Part shown: positions 34,831 through 45,857 of the stretch, in pieces
Layout of the letters: each line of letters starts with the position of its first letter
Numbering within the stretch: position 1 is the stretch's first letter
The notes under the pieces: model-generated
Told to the model about the DNA's origin: nothing
The model's input: only the letters and a program-made list of their open reading frames with translations
The model's database searches: none
Made by a program: the position numbers and the translations under genes
Source: Candidatus Limnocylindria bacterium
Lineage (GTDB): Bacteria > Chloroflexota > Limnocylindria > Limnocylindrales > CSP1-4
Length of the DNA: 64,000 nt
Direction: 5' to 3'
Assembly (NCBI GenBank): GCA_035514295.1
Contig: DATKBB010000021.1
Span: 10,460 to 74,459, forward strand

Positions 34831-35165
34831 CGCGTTGCCGATACCACGCGGTAGGCGTCCGTCACCAGGCCCTCCACCACCGACCAGTGGACCGGCACGT
34901 CCAGATAGACGCCCAGCCAGCCCCGATGACCGACATACGGCGGCCGGAAGAAGCGTTTGGCTCCGACCCCACGAGCACCTCCTGCGCTCCCGGCGGTGCC
35001 GCGCACCAGAAGGCCAGCCGGTCGTCGTGGTTGTGATTTCGCGTAGGTCACGAAGGTCGTCCGGTCGTGGTAGAACCAGGTCGGTTCGCCGTGGCTGAGC
35101 CTCTCCGAGGCGTGGGGCAGGGCCAGGCAGATGCGGCGCAGCCGCGGCAACGGATCGTCAGTCAC
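34827..35165 (-). CDS. MmcQ/YjbR family protein; ORF is open but an internal block appears to be read out of frame (compensated +1/-1 indels)
   Basis: GTG at 35165, 112 aa. The flanks LSHGEPTWFYHDRTTFVTYA and KRFFRPPYVGHRGWLGVYLDVPV are classic YjbR-family. The expected middle block NHNHDDRLAFWCAAPPGAQEVLVGSEP is encoded in another frame between about 34960 and 35037. Confidence 0.7.
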   Translation of the reverse strand: MTDDPLPRLRRICLALPHASERLSHGEPTWFYHDRTTFVTYAKSQPRRPAGLLVRGTAGSAGGARGVGAKRFFRPPYVGHRGWLGVYLDVPVHWSVVEGLVTDAYRVVSATR

Positions 35166-35244
35166 TCGCGGTCGATCCGCTCCCGGGTAAGCCGGTCTAC
35201 GACCGTGCGGTCCATCGCTCGATGATACGGGGCACAATCCGGCG

Positions 35245-36450
35245 ATGAGGGTGGCACTCCTGGGCCTTGGCACGGTCGGCGGCGCGGTGGCCAGCCGGCT
35301 GCTCGACGACGGCTGGCGGGCCGATGTTGAGGCTCGCGGCCTCCGACCCCCTGCGCTGGTGGCCGTCGGCGTGCGTGAGCCGGGTCGGCAGCGGGCGGTC
35401 GAGGTGCCGAAGTCGGTCGATCGGACGGACGACCTGGCCGCCCTCGTAGTCCGCGATGACATCGACGTCGTCGTCGAATTGATCGGTGGGCTGGAGCCGG
35501 CAGGGGAGCTGGTCGAGAGAGCGCTGGAGGCCGGAAAGTCGGTCGTCACGGCCAACAAGGCGCTGCTGGCGGAGCTGGGCCCCGCCCTCGAGCGCCTGGC
35601 TCGGCGGAGCCTCGTCGCACTGCGCTTCGAGGCGGCGGTCGCCGGCGGCATTCCAGTCCTGTCGCCTCTTGCGCGCGACCTCGCCTCCACGCGCATCAAC
35701 GCGGTCCGCGGCATCGTCAACGGCACGACCAACTTCATCCTCAGCGCGATGTCGGATGGCGGCCGCGCCTACGAGGAGGTCCTGGCCGACGCGCAGTCTC
35801 GCGGCTACGCAGAGGCCGATCCCAGCGGCGACGTCGAGGGACGGGACGCGGCGCACAAGCTGGTGCTGCTGGCGCGGCTGGCCTTTGGGGTCTGGCCGCA
35901 GCCATCCGGTCTGCGGCGGGCGCCGGCCAAGGTCGGTGGCGACGGCAGTCCGGGCATAACCGGCGTGTCGGCAGCGGACATCGGTGCTGCCGCCGAGCGC
36001 GGACACGCGATCAAGCTGATCGCGTTTGCCGGCCGGCCGCGGGGGGAGGCGGCTGGCCGGTTGGTCGGCTGGGTGGAGCCCTGCGCCGTGTCGCAGAGCT
36101 CGCTGCTCGGCTCGACGGATGGTGTCCTCAATGCCGTGGAGGTGCTCGGTTGGCCGCTGGGACGGCTGGCGCTACAGGGCCCGGGGGCCGGTGCCGACGC
36201 GACGAGCAACGCCGTGCTGGCCGACCTGTTGGCATTGGTCCGCGGCGAGGGCTCCACCTGGGCCGCTCTACCCGAGGCGCTGCCGCTGGGCGAGCTCGAC
36301 GCCGGCCATGGCCAGCCGGTACGCTGGTTCTGGCGCGAGGGAGGCCGCGGCTGCCTGAGCGAGCCGCTCACGCTCGACGACGCGCGCGCCTCGCTGGCCG
36401 ACCGCCTGCCCGCCGACACGACCCTCTACCGCGTCCTGGAGGCCGACTGA
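35245..36450 (+). CDS. hom: homoserine dehydrogenase
   Basis: MRVALLGLGTVGG..., ...VVTANKALLA..., ...GIVNGTTNFILS.M..., ...AEADPS.DVEG.DAAHKL. Confidence 0.9.
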   Translation: MRVALLGLGTVGGAVASRLLDDGWRADVEARGLRPPALVAVGVREPGRQRAVEVPKSVDRTDDLAALVVRDDIDVVVELIGGLEPAGELVERALEAGKSVVTANKALLAELGPALERLARRSLVALRFEAAVAGGIPVLSPLARDLASTRINAVRGIVNGTTNFILSAMSDGGRAYEEVLADAQSRGYAEADPSGDVEGRDAAHKLVLLARLAFGVWPQPSGLRRAPAKVGGDGSPGITGVSAADIGAAAERGHAIKLIAFAGRPRGEAAGRLVGWVEPCAVSQSSLLGSTDGVLNAVEVLGWPLGRLALQGPGAGADATSNAVLADLLALVRGEGSTWAALPEALPLGELDAGHGQPVRWFWREGGRGCLSEPLTLDDARASLADRLPADTTLYRVLEAD

Positions 36451-36453
36451 GTC

Positions 36454-37569
36454 ATGCGCATGAGCGACGTGCTCCGCCAACTGCGTCAGCAGCACACCAT
36501 GGCCGACGCCCGGCCGCGGCTGCTCCAGCGCTACGCGGCTTTCCTGCCGGTGAGCGAGGCCACTCCGCCCTTGTCGCTGGGCGAGGGCTACACGCCGCTG
36601 GTCCACGCACGCAACCTGGGCCGGGCCATTGGCTGTCCGCTGCTGCACCTCAAGGTGGAGGGCAACAACCCCACCGGCTCCTTCAAGGACCGCGGCATGG
36701 TGCTGGCCGTGGCCAAGGCGCTGGAGGAAGGCGCCGATGCGGTCGTTTGCGCCTCGACCGGCAACACGGCCGCCTCGGCGGCAGCATACGGCGCGGCGGC
36801 CGACCTGGAGGTCGTGGTCGTGCTGCCCAGGGGCCAGATTGCGCTCGGCAAGCTGCTCCAGGCGCAGATGGCCGGCGCGCGGGTGGTCGCCGTGGACGGT
36901 AATTTTGACGATGCGCTGCGAGTCGTGCGCGGGCTCGTAGAGGAGGGCTCCGACGGACGGCGGGTGGCTCTCGTCAACTCGGTCAACCCCTACCGCATCG
37001 AGGGCCAGAAGACCGCCGCCTTCGAGGTCTGCGAGGACCTGGGCGGTGCGCCCGATTACCTGGCCATCCCCGTCGGCAACGCCGGCAACATCACCGCCTA
37101 CTGGCGTGGTTTCGGCGAGTACCTGAAGGCCGGCCTGGTCGAGGCCCGGCCGCGGATGCTGGGCTTCCAGGCGGAAGGGGCAGCGCCGCTTGTCGTGGGC
37201 CGGCGAGTGGAGCGGCCGGAGACCATCGCCACGGCCATCCGAATCGGCGATCCGGCCAGCGGCGAGGGGGCGCTGCGGGCGCGCGACGAGTCGGGCGGGG
37301 TGATCGAGGCGGTCAGCGACGACGAGATCCTGTCCGCCTACCGCGACCTGGCCCGGCTGGAGGGCATCTTCGTCGAGCCGGCCAGCGCTGCTTCGGTGGC
37401 CGGCGTGCGCAAGCTGGCCGCCGCCGGCCACATCGACCCGGGCGCGACAATCGTGTGCGTGCTGACCGGGCACGGACTGAAGGATCCGGACAGTGCCGGT
37501 CGGAACGTGCTGCCCGTGCTCGAGGCTGGGCCGGGAGTGGAGAAGATACGCAAGGTGCTGGGCTGGTGA
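36454..37569 (+). CDS. thrC: threonine synthase
   Basis: PLP-lysine motif [23 protein letters not shown] and ...[13 protein letters not shown]. Confidence 0.9.
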   Translation: MRMSDVLRQLRQQHTMADARPRLLQRYAAFLPVSEATPPLSLGEGYTPLVHARNLGRAIGCPLLHLKVEGNNPTGSFKDRGMVLAVAKALEEGADAVVCASTGNTAASAAAYGAAADLEVVVVLPRGQIALGKLLQAQMAGARVVAVDGNFDDALRVVRGLVEEGSDGRRVALVNSVNPYRIEGQKTAAFEVCEDLGGAPDYLAIPVGNAGNITAYWRGFGEYLKAGLVEARPRMLGFQAEGAAPLVVGRRVERPETIATAIRIGDPASGEGALRARDESGGVIEAVSDDEILSAYRDLARLEGIFVEPASAASVAGVRKLAAAGHIDPGATIVCVLTGHGLKDPDSAGRNVLPVLEAGPGVEKIRKVLGW

Positions 37570-38480
37570 AGGTCGCCGTCGAGGTCCCTGCCAGCAGCGC
37601 CAACCTGGGCGTGGGCTTCGACGCGCTGGCCATGGCCTTGGAGCTGACCCTGCGCGTCGACGTCGAGGCGCTGCCCGGCGATTTGAGCGAGCTGCAGGTC
37701 GTGGGCGAGGGCACCGGGCGGCTGGGGCTGAACGACGCCAATCGATTCGTTGCCGGCTTGCGCCGCGGCCTGCAGGAGCTGGGCGCGGCCGACGAGCAGT
37801 CGGCCTGGCGGATCGAGATGTTCAACGACATCCCTGTGGGCCGGGGCCTGGGCTCGTCTGCCGCGGCGGTGATCGGGGGGCTGCTCTGCGCCGAAGGCCT
37901 GGCCCAGCGTGAGCTCGGCCGGGAGCGGCTGCTGGCGCTGGCAGTCGAGATCGATGGCCATCCCGACAACGTGGCGGCCGCCCTGCTGGGCGGTTTCGTG
38001 ATCGTCACCGCCGGCGCCGAGTCCGGCACGTGGCAGGTGCTGCGCCTCGACACGCCGGCCGAGTTGCGCGCCGTCGTCTTCATCCCCGAGCGCGAGCTGC
38101 CCACCAGCCGCATGCGCGCCGCGCTGCCGGACAGCGTGCCGCGCTCTGACGCGGTGCACAACGTGGGTCGCGCCGCGCTGCTGGTGGCGGCCATCGCGCG
38201 CGGGGAGTTGGAGTTGCTCAGCGCGATGTGCCAGGACCGCCTGCACGAGCCGTACCGGGCGGCCATCTACCCCGAGTTCCCGGCGCTCGAGCGCGCCGCG
38301 CTGGAGGCCGGCGCCCTCGGGGCGGCGCTTTCGGGGGCAGGCTCGACGGTGATCGCGCTGTGTCGCGCCGCCGAAGCCGGCCTCGTCGCCGCGGCCATGG
38401 AGAGCGCGGCTGGGCGGCTGGGCCTGCGCGGTCTCGCCCGCGACCTTGCGCCGCGTGGCGCCGGTGGCCGCCTTGTCTAG
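37566..38480 (+). CDS. thrB: homoserine kinase
   Basis: GTG at 37566 overlaps the thrC stop (GTGA). [13 protein letters not shown] and the GHMP motif [12 protein letters not shown]. Confidence 0.9.
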   Translation: MKVAVEVPASSANLGVGFDALAMALELTLRVDVEALPGDLSELQVVGEGTGRLGLNDANRFVAGLRRGLQELGAADEQSAWRIEMFNDIPVGRGLGSSAAAVIGGLLCAEGLAQRELGRERLLALAVEIDGHPDNVAAALLGGFVIVTAGAESGTWQVLRLDTPAELRAVVFIPERELPTSRMRAALPDSVPRSDAVHNVGRAALLVAAIARGELELLSAMCQDRLHEPYRAAIYPEFPALERAALEAGALGAALSGAGSTVIALCRAAEAGLVAAAMESAAGRLGLRGLARDLAPRGAGGRLV

Positions 38481-39732
38481 CCTCGTCGTCCAGAAGTACG
38501 GCGGCTCGTCGCTGGCCGGCGCGGAACGTATCCGTCACGTGGCCGGCCGCATCGCCGAGCGGCGCGCGGAGGGGGCGGACCTGGTCGTGGTGGTCAGCGC
38601 CATGGGCGACACCACCGACGACCTGATCACGCTGGCCCGGCAGATCACCGATGAGCCCGATCCGCGTGAGCTCGACCTGCTGCTGGCCACCGGCGAGCAC
38701 ATGAGCGGCACGCTCGTGGCGATGGCGCTGCACGCTGTGGGCCAGCCGGCGATTTCGCTGACCGGCGCGCAGGCGGGGATCCGCACGGATGCCAGCCACG
38801 GCCGGGCGCGCATCGCCAACGTGGACCCGCTGCGCGTCCAGCAGGAGCTCGAGCGTGGGCGGGTCGTGATCGTGGCCGGCTTCCAGGGCGCAACGGATGA
38901 GTCGATGCTAACCGGCGAGGTCACCACGCTCGGCCGGGGAGGCTCTGACACCACCGCCGTGGCGCTTGCCGCCCGGCTGTCGGCACAGCGCTGCGAGATC
39001 TACACGGACGTGGAGGGCATCTTCACCGCCGACCCGCGGCTGGTCCCGGACGCGCGTCTGCTGCCGGTGATCGGCTACGAGGAGATGCTCGAGCTGGCCA
39101 TCCAGGGCGCGCAGGTGATGCAGACGCGCGCCGTCGAGCTCGGCTGGGTCAACGGCGTCGAGATCGCAGTGCGCTCCACGTTCAGCGACAATCCCGGCAC
39201 GGTCATCAGGGAGGTCGCCGGAGTGGAGCAACGCAACAAGGTCCGCGGCCTGGCCACGGATCGCAACGTGGCCAAGCTGACGCTGGTCGCCGTGCCGGAC
39301 CGGCCCGGCGTGGCGCGGGCCGTCTTCGCGCCGCTGGCCGAGGCCGGCATAAACGTCGACATGATCGTCCAGAACATCGGCCATGCCGGCGCGACGGACC
39401 TGTCGTTCACAGTCAACTCGGCCGACCTTGCCGCCGCCCGTCGCGCGCTTGGGCCGGTCGTCGCGGAGCTTGGCGCCCAGGAACTGACTACGGCCGCTGA
39501 CGTTGGCAAGGTCTCCATCGTGGGCACGGGCATCCAGAACGCGCCGGGTTACGCGGCGCGGATGTTCGGCGCGCTGGCCGAGGCGGGCATCAACATCGAG
39601 ATGATCTCCACCTCGGACATCCGCATCACCTGCATCATCGACGAGGCCGAGCTGGAGCGGGCCGCGCGCGCGCTGCACGCCGCCTTCCAGCTCGAGCAAC
39701 CGGAGCCGGTGCTGGGTGAGGTGGCGGGATAG
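38464..39732 (+). CDS. lysC: aspartate kinase
   Basis: [10 protein letters not shown]..., ...[13 protein letters not shown]-terminal ACT repeats. The start is ambiguous among TTG 38446, GTG 38455, GTG 38464 and TTG 38473. It overlaps the thrB end. Confidence 0.9.
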   Translation: MAALSSLVVQKYGGSSLAGAERIRHVAGRIAERRAEGADLVVVVSAMGDTTDDLITLARQITDEPDPRELDLLLATGEHMSGTLVAMALHAVGQPAISLTGAQAGIRTDASHGRARIANVDPLRVQQELERGRVVIVAGFQGATDESMLTGEVTTLGRGGSDTTAVALAARLSAQRCEIYTDVEGIFTADPRLVPDARLLPVIGYEEMLELAIQGAQVMQTRAVELGWVNGVEIAVRSTFSDNPGTVIREVAGVEQRNKVRGLATDRNVAKLTLVAVPDRPGVARAVFAPLAEAGINVDMIVQNIGHAGATDLSFTVNSADLAAARRALGPVVAELGAQELTTAADVGKVSIVGTGIQNAPGYAARMFGALAEAGINIEMISTSDIRITCIIDEAELERAARALHAAFQLEQPEPVLGEVAG

Positions 39733-39777
39733 CAGCGCCCCGCAGCGAGGTGCTTTCCTGCCAGATGTCGCCTGAGC

Positions 39778-39895
39778 CAACGTTACGCGGGACTTGGGCA
39801 CGCTTCGGCGCGCTCGCTGGTAACGATCGCGCTTGGCGTGCCGTTGAGACGCCCGCCCAGACTCGCCGGCTGGGTCGTCGACTAGCGTAACGTTG
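39778..39895. other. 118-bp element closed by a perfect 11-bp inverted repeat with nested hairpins (candidate structured RNA, paired operator or MITE-like relic)
   Basis: CAACGTTACGC (39778-39788) pairs with GCGTAACGTTG (39885-39895). The inner repeat GGCACGC (39797-39803) pairs with GCGTGCC (39836-39842). A second hairpin is cccag-N9-ctggg (39856-39874). Confidence 0.3.
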
Positions 39896-39981
39896 AGTAG
39901 GCCGCACATCTGACGGGAGCTACGCTCCTGCAGGCCCATTGTGCTGATCCACGCAACAACTGACAGGAACAACACCAGGCA

Positions 39982-40794
39982 GTGACCGCGCCCACCTTCC
40001 TGAGCCGTCTCGAGCGCTTCGAGACCGTCGATTCCACCCAACGCGTGGTGCGTGAGTGGCTGGACGCCGGGACGCCGGAGGTGGCCGTGGCGGTGGCCGC
40101 CCACCAGAGCGCCGGACGCGGCCGGCAGGGGAGGAGCTGGAGCGCTCCCGGGGGTGCGGCGCTGCTGCTCTCGGCCGGCTTCCGGCCCACGACCCTCCTT
40201 GCCCACCATGGCTGGCGGCTGGCGGCCACGCTCTCGCTGGCCATGCTGGATGCGGCCGAGGAGGCAGCCGGCCTGAAGGACGACACGCTCTGGCTGAAGT
40301 GGCCCAACGACATCGTCGCCGATGCCTCGGACGGCCGGCTGGTCAAGGTCGCCGGCGTGCTGGGCGAGGCGGCAGGTGAAGCAGAGCGCGTCGAATCGGC
40401 CGTGGTGGGCATCGGCGTCAACACCGACTGGCCGGCCGAGCTCTTCCCGCCCGAGCTGGCGCCGTCGATGTCCAGCCTGCGCGAGGTGGCCGGCGGGCGC
40501 CCCATCGACAACGAGCAGCTGCTGGAGTCGTTCCTGGACCGCCTCGAGCCGCGCTACGAGGCACTCCGCACAGGCAGCTTTGATGCCGGCGGATGGTCGC
40601 GCCGCCAGCGCACGACAGGACGGCAGGTCGAGGTGGAGAGCGGCGCTGAGGTGCTGCGCGGGGAGGCGCTCGGGGTGGACCCGGAGTCCGGCGCGCTGAT
40701 CGTGCAGCACGAGGGAGGCCGGCGGCACGTAGCCAGCGGCGAGGTACTGCGCTGCCGGATCATCGCGGGATTGCCCACGACGCGTAACGGATAG
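39982..40794 (+). CDS. birA: biotin--[acetyl-CoA-carboxylase] ligase (group I, no N-terminal HTH)
   Basis: ...ETVDSTQRV..., GRGRQGRSW motif, 270 aa, no DNA-binding domain. Confidence 0.85.
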   Translation: MTAPTFLSRLERFETVDSTQRVVREWLDAGTPEVAVAVAAHQSAGRGRQGRSWSAPGGAALLLSAGFRPTTLLAHHGWRLAATLSLAMLDAAEEAAGLKDDTLWLKWPNDIVADASDGRLVKVAGVLGEAAGEAERVESAVVGIGVNTDWPAELFPPELAPSMSSLREVAGGRPIDNEQLLESFLDRLEPRYEALRTGSFDAGGWSRRQRTTGRQVEVESGAEVLRGEALGVDPESGALIVQHEGGRRHVASGEVLRCRIIAGLPTTRNG

Positions 40795-40804
40795 ACTTCC
40801 CCTG

Positions 40805-41401
40805 GTGTTGAGGAGAGGGAAGGAGCAGGCGGAAGGCCGCCTGGTCCAATTTGACGCTGACCGTCCCGCCGTGGAGGCGGCCAAGCGTGATGCGCGCCGC
40901 TTCGAGGCGCTCTACCGGAAGTACGTGGCCCAGGTGTACAGCTTCGCTCTCTATGAAACACGCGATCACCACTCGGCGCAGGACGTGACCTCGCTCGTCT
41001 TCCTGCGCGCGCTGTCCGGCCTGCACGGCTTTCGCGAGCAGGCTCAGCCGCCGGATAGCAGCTTCAGGGTGTGGCTCTTCCAGATCGCGCGCAACACGCT
41101 CAGCAACGAGCGCCGCCGTGAGCGCCGCCATCCCGAGGCGCCGCTCGACCTGGCGGCCCACTTCCCGGCGAAGCAGGACGTGGAGCAGACTGCCGTCTCG
41201 CGCGACGAGCTGGTCCGTGCCTGGCAGGTCATCGAGGAGCTACCGCCCGACCGGCGGCGGGCGCTGGTCCTTCGTTTCGTGGAGGAGATGAGCGCGGCGG
41301 AGATCGGCGCGGTGTTGGGCCGCTCGGAGGGCGCAGTGCGCGTGCTGATCCACCGCGCCGTGCGGAGCGTGGCCCAGCACCTGGGCCACCGGTCCGACTG
41401 A
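40805..41401 (+). CDS. RNA polymerase sigma factor, ECF (sigma-70 group 4) family
   Basis: Region 2 (FEALYRKYVAQVYSFALYETRDHHSAQDVTSLVFLRAL..., WLFQIARNTLSNERRR) and region 4 (LPPDRRRALVLRFVEEMSAAEIGAVLGRSEGAVRVLIHRA). Exact start is uncertain. Confidence 0.85.
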   Translation: MLRRGKEQAEGRLVQFDADRPAVEAAKRDARRFEALYRKYVAQVYSFALYETRDHHSAQDVTSLVFLRALSGLHGFREQAQPPDSSFRVWLFQIARNTLSNERRRERRHPEAPLDLAAHFPAKQDVEQTAVSRDELVRAWQVIEELPPDRRRALVLRFVEEMSAAEIGAVLGRSEGAVRVLIHRAVRSVAQHLGHRSD

Positions 41402-41421
41402 TGGACGGCCCGGACTGACCC

Positions 41422-41868
41422 ATGCGCGGCCAGGAAGAAGAGGCACTCCTCACCGACGCCTACATCGACGCGCTCCTCGCGGCACATGCCGGCGCGGAGC
41501 CGGCGCTTGCACCGCCCGACCTTCCGGCTGACAGCCTGCTGCGCCGGACGATCGAGGTGCTCGAGGCAGGCCTGCCCCGCTTCCATCCCAGTTTTCTGTT
41601 CGAGGAGGCTCTCGCCGCTCGCCTGCGGGCGGCGGCGCTGGGCGCGCGCCCCTCATCGACCCACGACCCGCTGGCTGCCGAGCTCATTCATCTGCCTGTC
41701 GCGGCGACCGGCGGCCTGTCCGTCGTCGCCGTCGACCGGCGGCTGCTGGTGGGCGGGGCCATCGCCTCGGGCGTCTCGCTGGCCGGGGCGGCGATGCTGG
41801 CCTGGCGCCGCCGCGAGCGTGACCGTGAGCGGCCGAGCCTCGGCGGCCGGCGCAGGTGGCTTGCCTGA
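41422..41868 (+). CDS. putative anti-sigma factor / tail-anchored membrane protein
   Basis: Immediately downstream of the ECF sigma gene. Single C-terminal TM (LLVGGAIASGVSLAGAAMLAW). No HxxxCxxC zinc motif. Its stop overlaps the accD ATG (TGATG, 41866-41870). Confidence 0.45.
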   Translation: MRGQEEEALLTDAYIDALLAAHAGAEPALAPPDLPADSLLRRTIEVLEAGLPRFHPSFLFEEALAARLRAAALGARPSSTHDPLAAELIHLPVAATGGLSVVAVDRRLLVGGAIASGVSLAGAAMLAWRRRERDRERPSLGGRRRWLA

Positions 41869-42794
41869 TGCCCATCAATCTGCCCTTCGGGCCCCGCCGC
41901 CAGTCATTCCCGCCCGACCTGTGGACGCAGTGCCCGGGCTGCGGCGAGATGCTCTACAACAAGCAGCTCGAGAAGAGCCGGCGCGTCTGCCCGCGCTGCG
42001 GTCACCACCTGCGCCTGCGCGTCGACGCCCGGCTGGCGCTCCTGCTCGACCGCGACAGCTTCGAGGAGCACGACGCCAACCTGGAGTCCGTGGACGCGCT
42101 GGGCTTCGTCGACCATAAACCCTACCCCGAGCGGCTTGAGGCGGCGCAGGTCGCCACCGGCATTCGCGACGCGGCGGTGTGGGGCACGGGCAGGATCGGC
42201 GGCACCCCGGTGGTGCTGTGCGTGATGGACTTCGCTTTCATGGGCGGTTCGATGGGCTCGGTCGTGGGCGAGAAGGTGACCCGCGCCGCGGAGGCGGCAC
42301 TGGCCCAGCGCCTGCCGCTGATCGTCATCTCTGCCTCGGGCGGGGCGCGCATGCAGGAGGGCACGCTGGCGCTGATGCAGCTGGCCAAGACCTGCGCCGC
42401 GCTGGGGCGGCTGGCCGACGCCGGCGTGCCCTACATCAGCGTGATGACGGACCCGACCACGGGCGGCGTGTTCGCCTCCTTCGCCGCGCTGGGCGACGTC
42501 AACCTGGCCGAGCCCAACGCCTTGATCGGCTTCGCCGGTGCGCGCGTGGCGGCGGGCACCATCGCCGAGTCGCTGCCCGACGGCTTCCAGCGCGCCGAGT
42601 TCCTGTTCGAGCACGGGTTCGTGGACCGCGTCGTGCCTCGCGGTGAGCTGCGCGATGCGCTGATCGGCCTGCTGCGTTACCTGCGTCCTGCGCCGCTGCC
42701 AGAGCGCGGCAACGGCAACGGTGCCGCGCCGCTGGAGCGTTCGCTCAACTATCTCGAGAGCATCGCCCGGGGCGAGGGCAGCGGGCGTGGCTGA
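41868..42794 (+). CDS. accD: acetyl-CoA carboxylase carboxyltransferase subunit beta
   Basis: N-terminal Zn ribbon CPGCGEMLY...CPRCGHH, then the carboxyltransferase body (...MDFAFMGGSMGSVVGEK...). Confidence 0.9.
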   Translation: MPINLPFGPRRQSFPPDLWTQCPGCGEMLYNKQLEKSRRVCPRCGHHLRLRVDARLALLLDRDSFEEHDANLESVDALGFVDHKPYPERLEAAQVATGIRDAAVWGTGRIGGTPVVLCVMDFAFMGGSMGSVVGEKVTRAAEAALAQRLPLIVISASGGARMQEGTLALMQLAKTCAALGRLADAGVPYISVMTDPTTGGVFASFAALGDVNLAEPNALIGFAGARVAAGTIAESLPDGFQRAEFLFEHGFVDRVVPRGELRDALIGLLRYLRPAPLPERGNGNGAAPLERSLNYLESIARGEGSGRG

Positions 42795-43866
42795 GGCGGT
42801 CGAGGTCGAGTTGCAGGAGCAGCCGCAGCCGGACGCGCAGCCGCGGGTCGACGCGGATGCCCTGCGTGCCGCCGTCTGGGCGCGCGTGCAGCTGGCCCGC
42901 AACGTGCGCCGGCCGCACACCCTCGAGTTGGTGCAGGCGATGGCCACCGACGTCATCGAGCTGCACGGCGACAGGCTCTACCGCGACGACCCGGCCATCT
43001 GTGGCGGCTTCTGCCGGCTGGACGGCCGGCGGGTCGTTTTCGTGGGCCACCAGAAAGGCGCGGAGACGGACGAGAACGTGCGGCGCAACTTCGGTATGCC
43101 CCATCCGGAGGGCTATCGCAAGGCGATGCGCCTCTTCGCGCTGGCCGAGCGCCTGCAGCTGCCCGTGGTGACCTTCATCGATACGCCGGGCGCCTTCCCC
43201 GGACCGGCCTCGGAGGAGCGCGGCGTGGCCGAGTCGATCGCCCGCTCGATCATGGTCATGACGCGCCTGCGTACGCCGGTCGTCACCGTGATCACCGGCG
43301 AGGGCGGCTCGGGCGGGGCGCTGGCAATTGCCGTGGGCGACATCGTGCTGGCCCTCGAGAACGCGATCTACTCGGTGATCAGCCCGGAGGGCTGCGCGAG
43401 CATCCTCTGGCGGGCGCCCGAGCGGGCGCAGGAGGCGGCCGTGGCGATGCGCCTGACCGCGCGCGAGCAGCAGGCGTTGGGCGTCATCGACGACGTCATT
43501 CCCGAGCCGGGCGAGGGCGCCCACCAGGATCCGGCCGAGACGGCCCGGCGCATCCGCGAGCGGATCGTACCGCTGCTCGACGCGCTGGCCGGCCGCGACC
43601 GGAGTGCCCTGGTCGAGGCACGTTACGCGCGCTACCGGCGCATGGGCGAGTTCGCCACCCTCGCACCAAGCTCGACGGCCCGCCCGGAGCGTGGTGGGCT
43701 GGCCGAGCGCCTGCGGGCCCTGCTGGAGAGCGGCCGCGCCGCATTGGGCGGCCCTGACGGTGCGCCGCTGCGCCCTGACGGTGCGCCGCTGCGCCCTGAC
43801 GGTGCGCCGCTGCGCCCTGACGTTGCCCAGGCGGACGACGATCCGCCGCTGCGCGAGGACGTCTGA
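42787..43866 (+). CDS. accA: acetyl-CoA carboxylase carboxyltransferase subunit alpha, with a repeat-containing C-terminal tail
   Basis: GTG at 42787 overlaps the accD end. ...ELHGDRLYRDDPAICGGF.RLDGR.V.FVGHQKG..., ...FIDTPGAFPG..AEERG. Confidence 0.9.
   Translation: MAEAVEVELQEQPQPDAQPRVDADALRAAVWARVQLARNVRRPHTLELVQAMATDVIELHGDRLYRDDPAICGGFCRLDGRRVVFVGHQKGAETDENVRRNFGMPHPEGYRKAMRLFALAERLQLPVVTFIDTPGAFPGPASEERGVAESIARSIMVMTRLRTPVVTVITGEGGSGGALAIAVGDIVLALENAIYSVISPEGCASILWRAPERAQEAAVAMRLTAREQQALGVIDDVIPEPGEGAHQDPAETARRIRERIVPLLDALAGRDRSALVEARYARYRRMGEFATLAPSSTARPERGGLAERLRALLESGRAALGGPDGAPLRPDGAPLRPDGAPLRPDVAQADDDPPLREDV
43752..43822 (+). repeat. perfect 21-bp tandem repeat, 3 full copies plus a partial one, in frame inside the accA tail
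   Basis: ccctgacggtgcgccgctgcg occurs at 43752, 43773 and 43794, with a partial copy from 43815. It encodes (PDGAPLR)x3. Confidence 0.9.
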
Positions 43867-44479
43867 TGGGCACCGACGAACAGCTGGGCGCCCAGCCGGC
43901 CAACGGCACCGCACCGGCCGACGGCCTACCCGACGACGAAGGGCGGCGAGTGCTCTCCCGGCTGGCCGACGAGTTGCTGCCCGTGCTGATCGCCCGCCTC
44001 GAGGCGAGCAACCTGGGCGAGCTGGAGCTGCGCCAGGAAGGCTGGCGGGTGCGGCTGCGCCGGCCGCTCCCCGTTAACGGCGTGGTGGGCGGAGCGTCTG
44101 CCCCGGCCCTGCCGCACGCTCAGGGCCAGCCGGCGACGGGCGCCAGCCGGCACGCAGCCGCCACGGCAACGGCTGCGCAGGCCGCCGCCGGCGCCTCGCC
44201 TGACAGCCGCCCGGCGGCTGCGGGCCGGGCCGAGCGCCAGCGCCTGACGGTCACCTCACCGGCAGTCGGCTATTTCGTGCCGCGCGACGGGATGGGCCCG
44301 GGCAGCAGCCTGCGCAACGGTGACCCGCTGGGCCACATCGACGTGCTCGGCGTGCGCCAGGAGGTCGTGGCACCGGCCGACGGCATCCTGTCGCGGCTCG
44401 AGGCTGAGGCCGGCCAGGCCGTGGAGTACGGCCAGACGATTGCCCGGCTTGATCCAGACACGCGCGAGAGCCGCGGCTG

Positions 44480-44480
<1 letters not shown>
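43866..44480 (+). CDS. BCCP-like protein lacking the biotinyl-lysine (no lysine anywhere in the protein)
   Basis: Full BCCP architecture: N-terminal helical segment, Ala/Pro-rich linker, C-terminal biotinyl-domain-like SPAVGYF...GDPLGHIDVLGVRQEVVAPADGIL...GQAVEYGQTIARL. DVLGV replaces EAMKM. TGATG coupling to accA (43864-43868) and accC (44478-44482). Confidence 0.75.
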
Positions 44481-45841
<1,361 letters not shown>

Positions 45842-45857
45842 GCTATCCGGAGGACCA

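Noticed and set aside
38380-38480. Lysine riboswitch or leader in front of aspartate kinase
   Set aside because: There is no intergenic space. The aspartate kinase start lies inside the end of thrB.
39966-39990. GGAAC-N16-CG, a possible ECF-type promoter near birA
   Set aside because: The spacer contains the birA GTG start itself, so it cannot drive birA. The -10 is CGCG rather than a CGT(T/C)-type element.
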